In this document: positions 47,533-59,810 of the stretch, in pieces
Numbering within the stretch: the first letter of the stretch is position 1
Layout: every line of letters begins with the position of its first letter
DNA from: Eledone cirrhosa
Lineage: Eukaryota
Length of the DNA: 64,000 bases
NCBI GenBank assembly: GCA_964016885.1
Contig: OZ024742.1
Coordinates: 158,596,001 to 158,660,000 of the forward strand
Direction: 5' to 3'
The notes under the pieces: generated by a model
Told to the model about the DNA's origin: nothing
Seen by the model: the letters and a program-made list of their open reading frames with translations, nothing else
The model's database searches: none
Made by a program: the position numbers and the translations under genes

Positions 47533-50500
47533 GGAACGAGTAGGACCCCGACGGCTGAGCTCAAGCCGTTTCGACGGGTAATTCTGGACTAAATAGAAAT
47601 TTAGATTTTTTACATTTGAATAGCCGAGCTTCTCAGGGGGGTAATTCCATATATGGTAAAAGTGATTGTTACAAGAATTGGTCAAAAGTTTGTTGTTGAG
47701 ACATAATAATTCTATCATGGCAATTTGTGGAGGGAAGGGGTAGCTGAACCTGCCAGTAGAAGAAAGAGGGAGAGGGGGTGGAGGAAACCCAGTCGTAGTG
47801 CGTTGATAGTGTCAACTACAGCTGGGCATGAGGTCAAAGAAGATACTAGGGGGGGGTCGAAACAATAAGTAAAACAATATGGGGTAAATATATAGAGAAA
47901 AACCGAGGGTGTTAAAAAACAATTAAATGTGAAAAAAAAAAAATTCTGGTTACTATAACCTAAGGACAGCTATCAAGTCTCTCACTGGTACTGCTAGACT
48001 AAAGAAAGGTTTACTAGGTGTGACGGAATTATAATGAGACCCTTTTAAGAGGTATAAGTAAACAACCGAATATATCTTACAGTGACGGGTCAACAAGTGG
48101 GGGGCCAAAATACTAAAGAAACTACCACGAAATAATAATTCAGAGTCCCGAGACCAGTACGAAATAGAGGTTTCTACCCCAGGCACAAGGCCAGCAACCA
48201 CACAGTGCAAAAAAAAAAAGTAAACTAATACGAAATAATAATTCAGAATCCCGAAAAAGAAAACTAATACTATCTCTAAGGGTGCTGCCACGATACAAAA
48301 ATGCTAGTGCAAACTACATAAATGCTTGTACAAAGTATATGTAAAATTTGATACGGAAAATTAATTCAGAATCCCCCCCCCCCCAAAAAAAATAATAAAT
48401 ACTGATATACGTGATGATGGGCTCCTTACCCTTAAAGGGTACAATCCCAGTAGTACAGATCGGGTCCGTAAACAATTAATCAGCTTCTTCCGCGACTGGG
48501 GATTTAAAATAACCCTACAAACGTACCTGACCCGAGTAAACTTCCTGGACGTTACCCTTGACCTCGATAATGGTCTGTACTACCCATACAGGAAACCTAA
48601 CGACAACCTGCACTATATCCACCGCCGGTCAAACCATCCTAGGAACATCATCAATAACCTGGTTAAAAACATCTCTCTCCGCATATCTCGTTTGTCAGCT
48701 AATGAGCAGATATTCGAAGAACATGCGCCTTATTACAATCAGGCCCTCAAGCGGAGTGGTTTCCGGGATGAAATATCCTACTGTCCAGCTTCCATTAGCG
48801 GAACCAGCAGGCGACACCGCCGCTCACGTAACGTAACATGGTTTAATCCTCCCCACAACGCCGAGGTGACAACTCCTATCGGAAAAATCTTCTTTGGGCT
48901 CATTGAAAAACACTTCCCACTACAACACCGCTACCACAACATAATTAACAAAAATACCATCAAACTCTCCTACAGCACCACACCAAACTTTGCACAAAAC
49001 ATCGTCTCCTCTAACAACAAAAAACTCAACCCCTATGGAAGAAATAACCTAAATAGCAGTGGAGAGCCGACCAGGAGGTGCAACTGTCCTGATAGATCCA
49101 TTTGCCCCCTCGACAACAGATGCAGAGATCGTAATGTGATCTACCAGTGCAATGTGAGGACGGACACCTCCAACAAAGCTTATATAAAATTAACCGCATG
49201 TGACTTCAAGACCCGGCTATACCAACACAGACAAACCTTCCGAAACCCACGCCACTACACTTTCGGACCACATATGGGACCTCAAGGATAACAATATTAC
49301 CTATGATCTCACTTGGAGCTTACTGTCCAGAGCCAACTCTTACACGGGAGGACGCCGTCCGTGCAATTTATGCTCGGAGGAAACTTTACAAATGTTGTTT
49401 TCGACGGACCAACTCCTAAACAAGAAAGATGAACTGGTAACTGCATGTAAACACAGATTGCGTAGGACTTACCACGCCCTCAAACCCCATAATGACCAGG
49501 GGGTAGACTAGGGCTATAACACCCCACTTACCGATTTTGTAATGGGTAACCCCTGCTTGCAAAGGTAGACCTAAGATGTTCTTTTATATCTTTTTATCAC
49601 TTCCGCTATATTTCCTTCTTCCCCCCATCCCTCCCTAGTCCTTCCACCCCAGTCCTCTTTCTTTGTCCTCGTCCTTTTACTTTCTCGCCCACCGAGGCAG
49701 CCCCTCGGTCCTTTGTAGCCTCAGTACCCCCACCCCCTTCCCCTATTCTATGATAGATTTGGCCGACGCCGCTTTTTATAGCAGATGTGTTAGACCCCGG
49801 ATACTTGCCTTCTTATCCGATGGCTGCCCTTTTTCCGTGCTTTCTATATTTCTTAGTGGTATCTTTGCTTTAATTTCTCGTATATCAGTATTTTTTTTTT
49901 GGGGGGGGGGGGGGGTTCTGAATTAATTTTCCGTATCAAATTTTACATATACTTTGTACGAGCATTTATGTAGTTTGCACTAGCATTTTTGTATCGTGGC
50001 GGCACCCTTAGAGATAGTATTAGTTTTCTTTTTCGGGATTCTGAATTATTATTTCGTATTAGTTTGGGGGGTTTTTTGCACTGGGTGGTTGCTGGCCTTG
50101 TGCCTGGGGTAGAAACCTTTATTTCGTACTGGTCTCGGGACTCTGAATTATTATTTCGTGGTAGTTTCTTTAGTATTTTGGCCCCCACTTGTTGACCCGT
50201 CACCGTAAGATATATTCGGTTGTTTACTTATACCTCTTAAAAGGGTCTCATTATAATTCCGTCACACCTAGTAAACCTTTCTTTAGTCTAGCAGTACCAG
50301 TGAGAGACTTGATAGCTGTCCTTAGGTTATAGTAACCAGAATTTTTTTTTTCACATTTAATTGTTTTTTAACACCCTCGGTATTTCTCTATATATTTACC
50401 CCATATTGTTTTACTTATTGTTTCGACTTCCTCCCCCCACCCCCCTAGTATCTTCTTTGACCTCATGCCCAGCTGTAGTTGGCACTATCAACGCACCACG

Positions 50501-50832
50501 ACTTGGTTTCCTCCACCCCTTCTCCCTCTTTCTTCTACTGGCAGGTTCAGCTACCCCTTTCCTCCACAAATTGCCATGATAGAATTATTATGTCTCATCA
50601 ACAAACTTTTGACCAATCCTTGTGACAATCACTTTTACCATATATGGAATTACCCCCTGAGAAGCTCGGCTATTCAAATATAAAAAATATAAATTTTTAT
50701 TTAGTCCAGAATTACCCGTCGAAACGGCTTGAGCTCAGCCGTCGGGGTCCTACTCGTTCCTATTACCCACTCTACTACTATTGAGTACTTTGGTGCGTTA
50801 TGGTCCACCTGGTTCCTTACCATATTCCTTCG

Positions 50833-50834
<2 letters not shown>
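47533..50834 (+). mobile_element. 5'-truncated Naiad-type Penelope-like element with an about 880-bp inverted pLTR copy at its 5' end, in (TA)n
   Basis: 47533-48411 is the reverse complement of 49879-50761; coding remnant lies between; tail ends at (TA)n. Confidence 0.9.
48410..49511 (+). pseudogene. PLE RT (from RDDGL), thumb, Cys linker and GIY-YIG endonuclease; one frameshift near 49250
   Basis: RDDGL, VNFLDVTLDL, PYRKPND..YIHRRSNHP, WFNPP, IKLSYS, CNCPDRSICPLDNRC, VIYQC..YI..T..FKTRLYQH, TTLSDHIWDLK, CNLCSEE. Confidence 0.9.
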
Positions 50835-50873
<39 letters not shown>

Positions 50874-50874
<1 letters not shown>

Positions 50875-51048
50875 CCAAATTGGGTGACTAAACACACGTA
50901 GCTGCTTTCTATCTAATATAATTCCCTCTCTTCCTCTTCTTATTGTCAGCTGTCTTTCTATTTCTTCTTTTATCTCCCATTCTATCTTCTGGTGAAGGAC
51001 TAATGTCCGAAACATTAAGACTCTTTGCCTACATTTTCAAGCGTCAAA

Positions 51049-51052
<4 letters not shown>
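50874..51052 (+). mobile_element. Short PLE tail fragment with decayed hammerhead between (TA)n tracts
   Basis: TCTT CTGGTGA aGGAC-TAAT-GTCC GAAACATT AAGA at 50985-51020. Confidence 0.5.
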
Positions 51053-51111
<59 letters not shown>

Positions 51112-51127
51112 TCCATATATATATACT

Positions 51128-51161
<34 letters not shown>

Positions 51162-51629
51162 ACCTCCAAGCTTGATTGGTGCGGAGGGTGATATTTGGAC
51201 AACATGCGGGATTAAATACAAGACCTGGCAAAGGGCGGAGGAACTCTGCAGAATCAACGGCCATCCAAATAGATTTTTTTTTTTTTGCAAAGAGGTTAAA
51301 CTCCGTCGCATAAAAAGCTGAGAGTTCTCGTTGTATTTTCCGTGGCAAACATTTGCACCGAAGATATGTGTTGTCTGTTCCAAAAAAGTGTGGTTGGTCC
51401 TACACAAGCCTTCACCAGTTAAAACAAAACTTTCTGTGGGTAGTTCAACATCAGTTCACTTTCTCACATTTAACTTTTGTTGGACACTCATACGTCGGAC
51501 ATCGACGGGAGAGATCATGATATATATATATATAAAAGGAACGATCGACTTTCGTCAAATCGGACCGAGGAATTAATGTTTCCATTGGTCTTTCCAATTT
51601 CTAATACTATCTATCGGTCACAACTCACA

Positions 51630-52020
51630 TACACTGTATGCTTAATTAAAAACATTTTGAAAACCTTACGCTATACTATATATACATTCATATATACATC
51701 GCTATTTCAGAGCACCAATTCTTATTTTCAATTTTTGCTGGACCGGCAGCCGCTCTGTATAATCTGTTCCTGATTATTACTGGAATTCTATAAGAATCCA
51801 ACATCTATAATTTTTAACAGACAAAGGCGAGTGCTAAGCTCTGATGAATACCAACAGTATGAAACAGATCTGTCAGCTTATCTCCCTTTTTATGTTGAAA
51901 AATGAAGTATGTGACATAGTTACTACTTTTAAACAATAGCGTAAGGTCTTCAAAATGTTTTTAATTAAGCATACAGTGTATTGTCAAATATACTATATAT
52001 ACATTCATATGTATATATAT
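51630..52020 (+). mobile_element. Diverged relative (about 317-bp monomer) of the 310-bp retrozyme-like unit, with 45-bp inverted 5' piece and terminal direct repeat
   Basis: Shared blocks TCGCTATTTCAGAGCA, TGCYGGACCGGCA.CCGCTCT, ATAGCG..AGGTCTTCAAAATGTTT; TATACTATATATACATTCATAT at 51672 and 51989. Confidence 0.8.
51835..51880 (+). ncRNA. Type I hammerhead ribozyme
   Basis: Stem I TAAGCT/AGCTTA, CTGATGA, stem II ATAC-CAACA-GTAT, GAAACAGATCTGTC (palindromic stem III, GTC triplet). Confidence 0.88.
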
Positions 52021-52735
52021 TTAGTATTAACCATAAACTCGTTTGCTCACATTTACTCACTCGAGAAGATATGGTTTGAACGTGTGTCGAGTAAAACCTG
52101 TCTCAGAGTGCTAACAAAGTCTTTGTTCGTAATGTGGTATTTTCATTTGTACTTCTGGACTCGGGGTTTCTACTAAAGAAATTACCTTCGATAACTGCAA
52201 TTTGCAACGTGCCGAATACTGTGGCTGCATGATGCATGCCGAACTCTGCGTATTCATGTCTGCGTGTGTGAGTATGTGTGCATGTTTTTGTATGCGTACA
52301 TGTGTGAATACGTGATTTGTATACCATAATAGGTACTGTGACAGGACCAGAATTCCATACTAGAATGTTTTCTACAATCAGATATGTTTACCGTGACATG
52401 CTTGGTAGTATGCATTAGGGGATTGGGAGAAGTTGCAAACAACGGATGAAAGATTTATAATAGTCTCAAGCCTTATTCCACAACATTTCTATAGCATTCG
52501 CTGACAATTCAAAACAACAAACACATTATTATAAGCCAGACAATATATACCCCAATTGCCTGTAAGAGAGAGATACTCATAACAAGAAACTGCTGGTGTC
52601 AAATGTCACATACATCTTTCAGACAGTCGTTACCTGTTGTTCCTTTCAAACTTTATAAAATGAAATTAGCGTTAGAAATCTACAGCTATGCGATAAAAAA
52701 ATTTAATACTCGAGATATTTATCGAACGTTTTAAG

Positions 52736-52790
<55 letters not shown>

Positions 52791-53321
52791 GGGAGAGAGA
52801 GAGAGGGGGAGAGACAGACAGAGAGAGAGTGAGAGAAAGTGAAAGACAGAGAGAGAGGAGGAATTATGAAAATATATGTCCATTTAGTTTGGCGAGTTGG
52901 GCTTTTATGAGAAAAATTCAAAGAATATACCTTTGACTTGCAGAAACTGAGACTCTGCTTTATTGGCCGCCAGCTATTAATGTCAGGGGTCTCCTGCGGT
53001 TTTGGAAAAGTGTATAAAAGCAACCCAGTTGAATAACATGAGTTGTAGAAAAAGTGATACGGATATTTTACACATACATTTTCGTGTTACTCAAAGTCAA
53101 TTGAATAATGTGGGAAGAAAATATTTGTGTCAATGGAATAATCTGTGTTGTAGAGTCAAATGTGAGAAATCAGCTATATATCTATGGTGTCATAGAGCGT
53201 TCTTGGGTATTTTTTTATCTGGCAGAGCCCATCCCTTCTTCAGGTCTAAACACAACTGATTCCTTTCAAAGAAGGAGAGAAAAAGTGATAGAAAGAAGTA
53301 AGAAAGTAATATGGTTTCTTA

Positions 53322-53523
53322 TATAAGCACAAGACAGGCAATTTGGGGGGAAGGGAAAGTCGATTAAATCGACCCAGTACGTGACTGGTACTTTATTTTA
53401 TCGACCCCGTATGGATGAAAGGCAAAGTTAACCTCGGCGGGATTTGAACTCAGATCATAAAGGGCCGTAACTCTGCAAAGCATAGCGTCCGACTCTATAC
53501 CGATACTGCCAATCCACCACCCT
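53322..53523 (-). mobile_element. SINE family A with TSD
   Basis: AAGTAAGAAAGTAATAT duplicated at the flanks. Confidence 0.85.
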
Positions 53524-54452
53524 AAGTAAGAAAGTAATATACAAAAAGAAACGATACTAGTATTTGACTTTTAGTTTTTTATCTACCACTAATAAGCAGT
53601 AAGTATTCAGTTGTGCTTCTAAAACCCATAAGGCTTTTACAAATTCATAAATCTAAAAAGATATTTTTTAGCAAAAACAGAATTGATGTTTTAATTATAT
53701 GTGTATCGAGTGCTAAAAGCGACAGCGAATACTCAATTGAAGCCATTTTGCTTTACTTAGTGTTGCCAGTACTGTACAGAAAGGCGTTAGCTTTTCACCA
53801 TCCGTAAGGTAAGATGAGACTTTGTGTCTGGTGAAAATAAATCAATATTTTAATAAGAGATGTTTGTTTTAAACAAATAATTAACTTGCGTTTGGAGCTG
53901 AAAATCTATCTTTGCTATCGCAGCTAAAGATCACAGTAGTGTATGGCGAAGGAGAAGTTATTCTTTCATTCTTTCTTTATCTTCTATTATTTTACATCAC
54001 CTGGTGCTTATTCTTTATGAAGAAAGTTAAAGTAACTGAATTTAAAGAGTGTCTGATAATCTTGCCTGACAAAAGGTAACGAATTAGACGTCATCAACTT
54101 TAAATCAATCTGGCATGAACGTTTCTCAAAATATCTGAGTTTTTTGTTTTGTTAGAAACGAAAATGACGGGGTTAAAAGATGAATTACTCATCAAGGGTT
54201 CAACAGGTCGTATAGTGCGATAACACAACACTATTCACCACTGTAGAGTAATATAATAATATAGAAATTGGGTAATACTTAAGCTGTAGTCTGGCGACGT
54301 CCGTCGCACCCATGATAGTAATTGGAATAGGTTGTTTATTGCGTTGATGGGAAGGTAGGGCTATTGTTTTTTATGGACCTGTTTGATTTTAATTTATGAC
54401 ATGAGCCGAATGGGCTGGTTGTAGAATTATGATTAGTGTTTGTTTGATGAGA

Positions 54453-54570
54453 AGGCGCATGGCTTAGTGGTTAGAGAATTAGATTCGCAATTGTGAGGTT
54501 GCGACTTTCGTTCCCGGATTGGACGATGCGATATATCCTTGAGCAAGAAACTTTATTTCACGTTACTCTT
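54453..54570 (+). mobile_element. SINE family B 5' part
   Basis: tRNA-like A box TGGCTTAGTGG and CCTTGAGCAAGAAACTT core. Confidence 0.65.
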
Positions 54571-54921
54571 TCTGCCAGGAGTTTTTACCGGTTGGTAGGA
54601 TCAGCAATGGAAAGATCAATGGAAACTTTTTGTTCCTCTCTTCGAGTTGCACCCCACTCGGTAAACGAATGAGATCTGGGATCTTGTCAATCGTATTTCT
54701 ATCTATCTATGGTCTGATGTTGTAGATAGCATGTGATAAGTCTAGATTTGTTTCCACTCTAGTTAAGGCAAATGATGGTCATAGTTATGTTAATATGTTG
54801 ATAACCAAAGCACTCGATCTGACATAAAAGATACACTATTTGACTATATCTATCACGAATATTTGTCATCGGCCAAAGTGTCACCAGATCAATTCTACGT
54901 TTCTTTTGATTTTAGATCAAA

Positions 54922-55086
54922 TAATTGTTTCTACTTTTGGCACAAGGTCAGCAATTATCCCATTGCATTACTGGTACATTATTTTATCTATCTCGTAAGG
55001 ATGAAAGGCAAAGCTAACCTCGGCGAGATTTGAACTCAGAACGTAAAGGGCCATAACTCCATGCAAAGCATGGTGTCTGACGCTCT
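54922..55086 (-). mobile_element. SINE family A
   Basis: Reverse copy of core and B-box. Confidence 0.8.
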
Positions 55087-55734
55087 ATTAATAGTTTAGA
55101 AGCGTAGAATAGTTCTAATACGTGGTAAATCGTAGAGAGAACAAGTTATCCACATATTCGGAACCTCACTAACGTATTAAAATCTGAAGAAATGTGTGCA
55201 AGTAATAAATTGCAATCCATTATCCGGGGACAGAAAAATAATGAAAGAAAAAATAGAGAGATGTGAACAGGTGCATTAGAAATATAATGGACAATTACGT
55301 TTCTATAGAAAATATTAATCTCTTGAAAGCAGTTGTTTATAAGCTGACGTTTAATATGCTTAACTTTATTTCTCAGTTGTTTTTCGTTTTTTGTGCTCTT
55401 CATAATGTTTTTAAATATATCAATTTAATATTTAGCTTTAGTTCCTTTCTAGGTTAATGGGTAAACATGTCATTCTGACCTGGGTGCTGAAGACAAATTG
55501 ACCTGCGATGTATTAACAGACGAATTGACAAGCAGTGTGTAGACAGACGACGAGATGAGGGACAGCGAATGAAAGAAAATAAGTCGTCTGACGACGATGG
55601 ACAGTCGATGAGTTGACAGATGATGAAATGCCAGACGAGACATTGTTCTGCGCCAAATGGGACTGAAAAGTCTACATATCACAAGTGAGTCAGTATTTTG
55701 TAGTCCTTAGTTTAGAGGTGTTTATAGCATAGAG

Positions 55735-56064
55735 CAGGGGTCGGCAACCTACGGCCCATGAGCCGGACCCGGCCCGGAAAGGGATTTTGACCAGCCCGTG
55801 AGAACTGATGCCCAATGAGTTGTTTATTTAAAATTTAACTTTATTGTAATATGAGGGACTAGACTTTCGAATACAATAAAAGGCCCGCAGTTACATTCTT
55901 CCACAAATCTTCTGATTCACTCTACCTAATGTCCACTACCAACCGGATGTGAACGCTTTGACAGCAAAAATACAATTACAAATTCTTTTATGTCCTTCGT
56001 CCGGTCCCCTATCCATCATTAATACTCGATCCGACCATTGGAGGCAAAAGGTTGTCGACCCCTG
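55735..56064. mobile_element. hAT (Charlie-like) MITE, 330 bp
   Basis: TIRs CAGGGGTCGGCAACCT / AGGTTGTCGACCCCTG; 8-bp TSD GCATAGAG/GCACAGAG; subterminal GGCCC motifs. Confidence 0.85.
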
Positions 56065-56909
56065 GCACAGAGGATGCAGTTTAAGTCATTTTCAGTACTT
56101 AGTCTCAGACCAGAGATCCAGGCTTATAACATCATGGCCCAAAGAAGGGCGTCAATGAGGCAACATAACTTCAATCGTGGAATGAATCTTGGTGTGTGGT
56201 CAGATCTCCGTTTGCTTTAATAAATATCAGAATGCTTAATTTTGTCGGGGGTTGTGTATTGTTTTGTTTAGTTTTGTAATTTATTCAAAGAGTGAGACGA
56301 TGTATCTATAACCTTTATTAGACTTCACAATCTCGTGAAATGAATGTGGCTGATATTCAGTCTGAAGATTTAGTTTCTGATGTTTGCAAGTAAATTATGG
56401 ATGAAGAAAGATTCCAATGAGTTAAGTTTCTAGGGAAGAATCAATGAATAAACTGTTTAATATGAGATTTGTGGGGTAATATATTACTATGGTGTGTTGT
56501 GTGGCTATAGCTCTAGTAGACTCATTATGTAGTGGCTTCTTGGTTGGTGCCTTACACCAAAGGTCAAGCTATTTTGAAGGTGTATAGTTCATAATGTGCA
56601 CAATCAAATTAATATCAGTAGATTATTGATTTTAAAAATAACACCATTCATTTGGAGGTTAGATAGCCTGTTATATACTAGACTGATGTTATATTTCATC
56701 AACATCGGAAGTGTGAAACTTGTAATTCAGTCTATCATTGGTACAGATCTATGTATTTAGGTTGGGTATAGTCGCTCCAGTACTTGATAAGTAGTTTGCT
56801 TTGTCAATAATAGGGAGATAAGAGGTTCCCAGTGGAATAAAAACTTATAGCAAACTAACTAAATACCGGAATGTATTTCTGATAATACTTCTTATTATTA
56901 TTACTGCAG

Positions 56910-57466
56910 CACAGTTACGTCCCTTTACGGACTGAGTTCAAATCCCGCTGAGGTTAACTTTGCCTTTCATCCTTACGAGGTCGATAAAATAAAGGATAAT
57001 TGCTGGCCTTGTGCCAAAAGTAGAAACAATTATTATTACTGTGTATTGGCAGTAATGGTAGAGGGTCGGACGCCATGCTTTGACGCATAGAGTTACGGCC
57101 CTTGCCATTCTGAGTTCAAATCCATCCGAGGTTAACTTTGCCTTTCATCCTTACTGGGTCGATAAAATAAAGTACCAGTCACGCACTGGGGTCTATTTAA
57201 TCGACTTTCCCTTCCGCCAAAATTGCTGGCCTTGTGCCTATATAAGAAACAATTATTATTGTGGATTGGCAGTAATGTTAGAGGGTCGGACGCCATGCTT
57301 TGACGCATAAAGTTACGGCCCTTGCCATTCTGAGTTCAAATCCAGCCGAGGTTAACTTTGCCTTTCATCCTTACGGGGTCGATAAAATAAAGTACCAGTA
57401 ATGCACTGGGTAATTTGTTGGCCTTGTGCCAAACGTAGAAACAATTATTATTATTATTATTATTAT
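56910..57466 (+). mobile_element. Three tandem SINE family A copies ending in (ATT)n
   Basis: Cores repeated at about 56960, 57140 and 57360. Confidence 0.85.
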
Positions 57467-59792
57467 AACAGCAGTGAAGTACCGGAGGCAATGACTTGCA
57501 ACACAAGGAGTAAATCGCCTGGTTTGGATGGTCTGCTCTATGAACTGTACGTACAGATGCCAGACTTGTTCGGAGGCCTCTTGGCGGACGTCTACTGCAA
57601 CTGGCAACAGAACGGGAGAATTCCCAGCTCTGTGAGCCGAGGAGCAGTGGCGTTGGTGAGAAAGGATCCGAACAACGGGGATAACATAGACAATTTCAGG
57701 CCCATAACTCTGCTAAACACAGAGTTCAAGATTTTGGCAAGGTACTAGCAAAGAGGTTGGCGTTTGTCATTGGTGGTCTGGTGGGAGAGGCGCAGACATT
57801 CGACATTCCAAACAGATCCATTCACGACAACCTCCACCTCATGGAGAGGGTAGCTAGGGAACCTGACATGGGTGGGTCTTTGATCAATTTAGATCAGTCG
57901 AAAGCTTTCGATAGGGTCGGCCATCGTTATCTGGCGGCAGTCCTGAGGGCGGCTGGCTTTGATCCCGTCTTCAGAGGCTGGATCGCTGCCATGCACAGCG
58001 ACATCTGCTCTGTGGTGAGAGTTAACGGTCACCTTTCGGAACCATTCAACATCATGCGCTCGGTCGCCAAGGATGTCCTCTCTCGTCCCTCTTGTACGTA
58101 TTGACTCTCGAACCATTACTGCACAAACTGGAGACGTTGAAGGGGATCCCGCGCAAACTAGGATGCGGAAGATCCGTGTCAGCATATGCGGACGATGTCA
58201 CCGTAGTGGTGTCGAACGCCAAACACATCGAGGCGATCGGCACCACACTAAGAGAATACGAAGCGGTGACAGGAGCAATGATCAACCAGGAAAAGTCTGT
58301 GGGCCTGCAGCTCGGCACCTGGATAGGCAGATCCATGCTGTCCAACAGCGTCGTCGGGCGCTGGACGGGCGGACCGGTTAAATTGCTAGGGGTCTGGTTC
58401 GCTCCGGACCTCCAGACGAACAAAAATTGTGATGAGGTGACGAGCAGGGTGGCTTCTCTCACCCAGAAATGGGCAGAGAGGAAGCTATCTCTGAAAGGTC
58501 AAGCGGAGGTGGCTAACGCGTATATCGCGTCCGTCATCTACTACCGCCTGACCGTCGTGCCTTGTTCTAAGCCTCGCCTGACTGCAGTGGAGCGTTTGCT
58601 CTTTCGCTTTTTGTGGAAGGCACGCGCTCCGATGGTCAGGCGGTCCATCTGCTGTCAACACCCGCTACGTGGAGGGCTAGGCATGCCGTGGCTGATGATG
58701 CGCAGACACGCGCTCAGGCTACGACCTCTCCACCTCTTCCTCGACGGTGATCAGGTGAGGTCGCCGTTTGCTAGACGCGTCTTTCCCCGACGGAGCTGCA
58801 GTCCTGGGTCAAGTGAAGACCGAGGGGGAGCGCTTGGAGACTGGAATGTCTTCAGGCGCTCACAGCCCTCGACCAATCGGGCAAGTGTCGGTGGAAACTC
58901 CACCTTGGCGTTCTATAGAGGATTAGTGGAGGGGAAGATAGACGTCGTGCTTGGGGAAACACTAGGCCTCAACAAAGATCAACTAGCCAATCTCTTCGGA
59001 AGAACTTTCGGACCGGGGCCTATGACAATTTCCAGAAATCCCTGACCTGGCAGTGCTACCGAGGAGTTTTGCCAGTTCGGGATAAACTCTACAGGGACGG
59101 AAGTACCGTGAGCCGGGCATGTCCGAGATGCGCGCAGGGCGACGAAACCGTCCTGCACGCACTCGTCCAGTGTCTGAGCATTGCTGACTTGTGGGTTTAT
59201 GTCGAACACCTGCTGTCGCGTGTAGGACGGATCCAGCTATCAGTTGAGTCCATCGTGAGGATTGCCCCGCCCTCTTCCTTTAGCCGGGAAAGGCAGGCAG
59301 TTTTTATCTGTCTGGTGGCCATGGCGAAAGAGATAGTATGGTGGACACGTTTGAAAGGGCTGCAGACGAGCACTTACCTCTTCTGTGATGCCCTGATTAA
59401 CTTTTTCAAATTTCATTTGAAAAGGAAAATCAGGGTAGAGAGGGAGGTGCTCTCTTCCCAGCATTTTGTTGAAAGATGGGTGAGAGAGGCAAGAATGGCC
59501 CGAGTGAATGGACCTACTCTGAGTATGTGCCTCTAAATTGAAGGTGTAAAACTGGGAGAGGGCACTTGCCCTGGTGGTCAGAGTCACCGTGGTTTTTTAA
59601 TGGGCTTTCTCTACGAATATCCCTCGGAAGTCTCCCCACTATGGGGAATTTTTCATTGTTTTTTTTTTTTTGTTACATCCTCTGTTTTTTGTTTTTTTAA
59701 CACGCAGAAATGCCCATTTGTACCGTCCTGTATTGTCCAGTACTGTCCTTAATGTATACTTTGTGTAAACCCTTGTGGTTAATAAAGAAAGC
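57465..59792 (+). mobile_element. 5'-truncated Tx1/L1-clade LINE (frameshifted ORF2 RT plus C-terminal CCHC), GC-rich
   Basis: KSPGLDGL.YELY, NFRPITLLNTEFKILA, LDQSKAFDRV, SAYADD, GGLGMP, CPRC..ETVLHALVQC; AATAAA at 59781. Confidence 0.88.
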
Positions 59793-59810
59793 ATTATTAT
59801 TATTATTATT

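Noticed and set aside
49070-49380. Selenocysteine (in-frame TGA) Naiad variant
   Set aside because: All conserved Cys codons here and at 480-800 are TGT/TGC.
51160-51600. Possible promoter (ATTGG and GGGCGG motifs); also the GC-richer patch at 62940-63160
   Set aside because: Short motifs are expected by chance and no downstream exon was identified.
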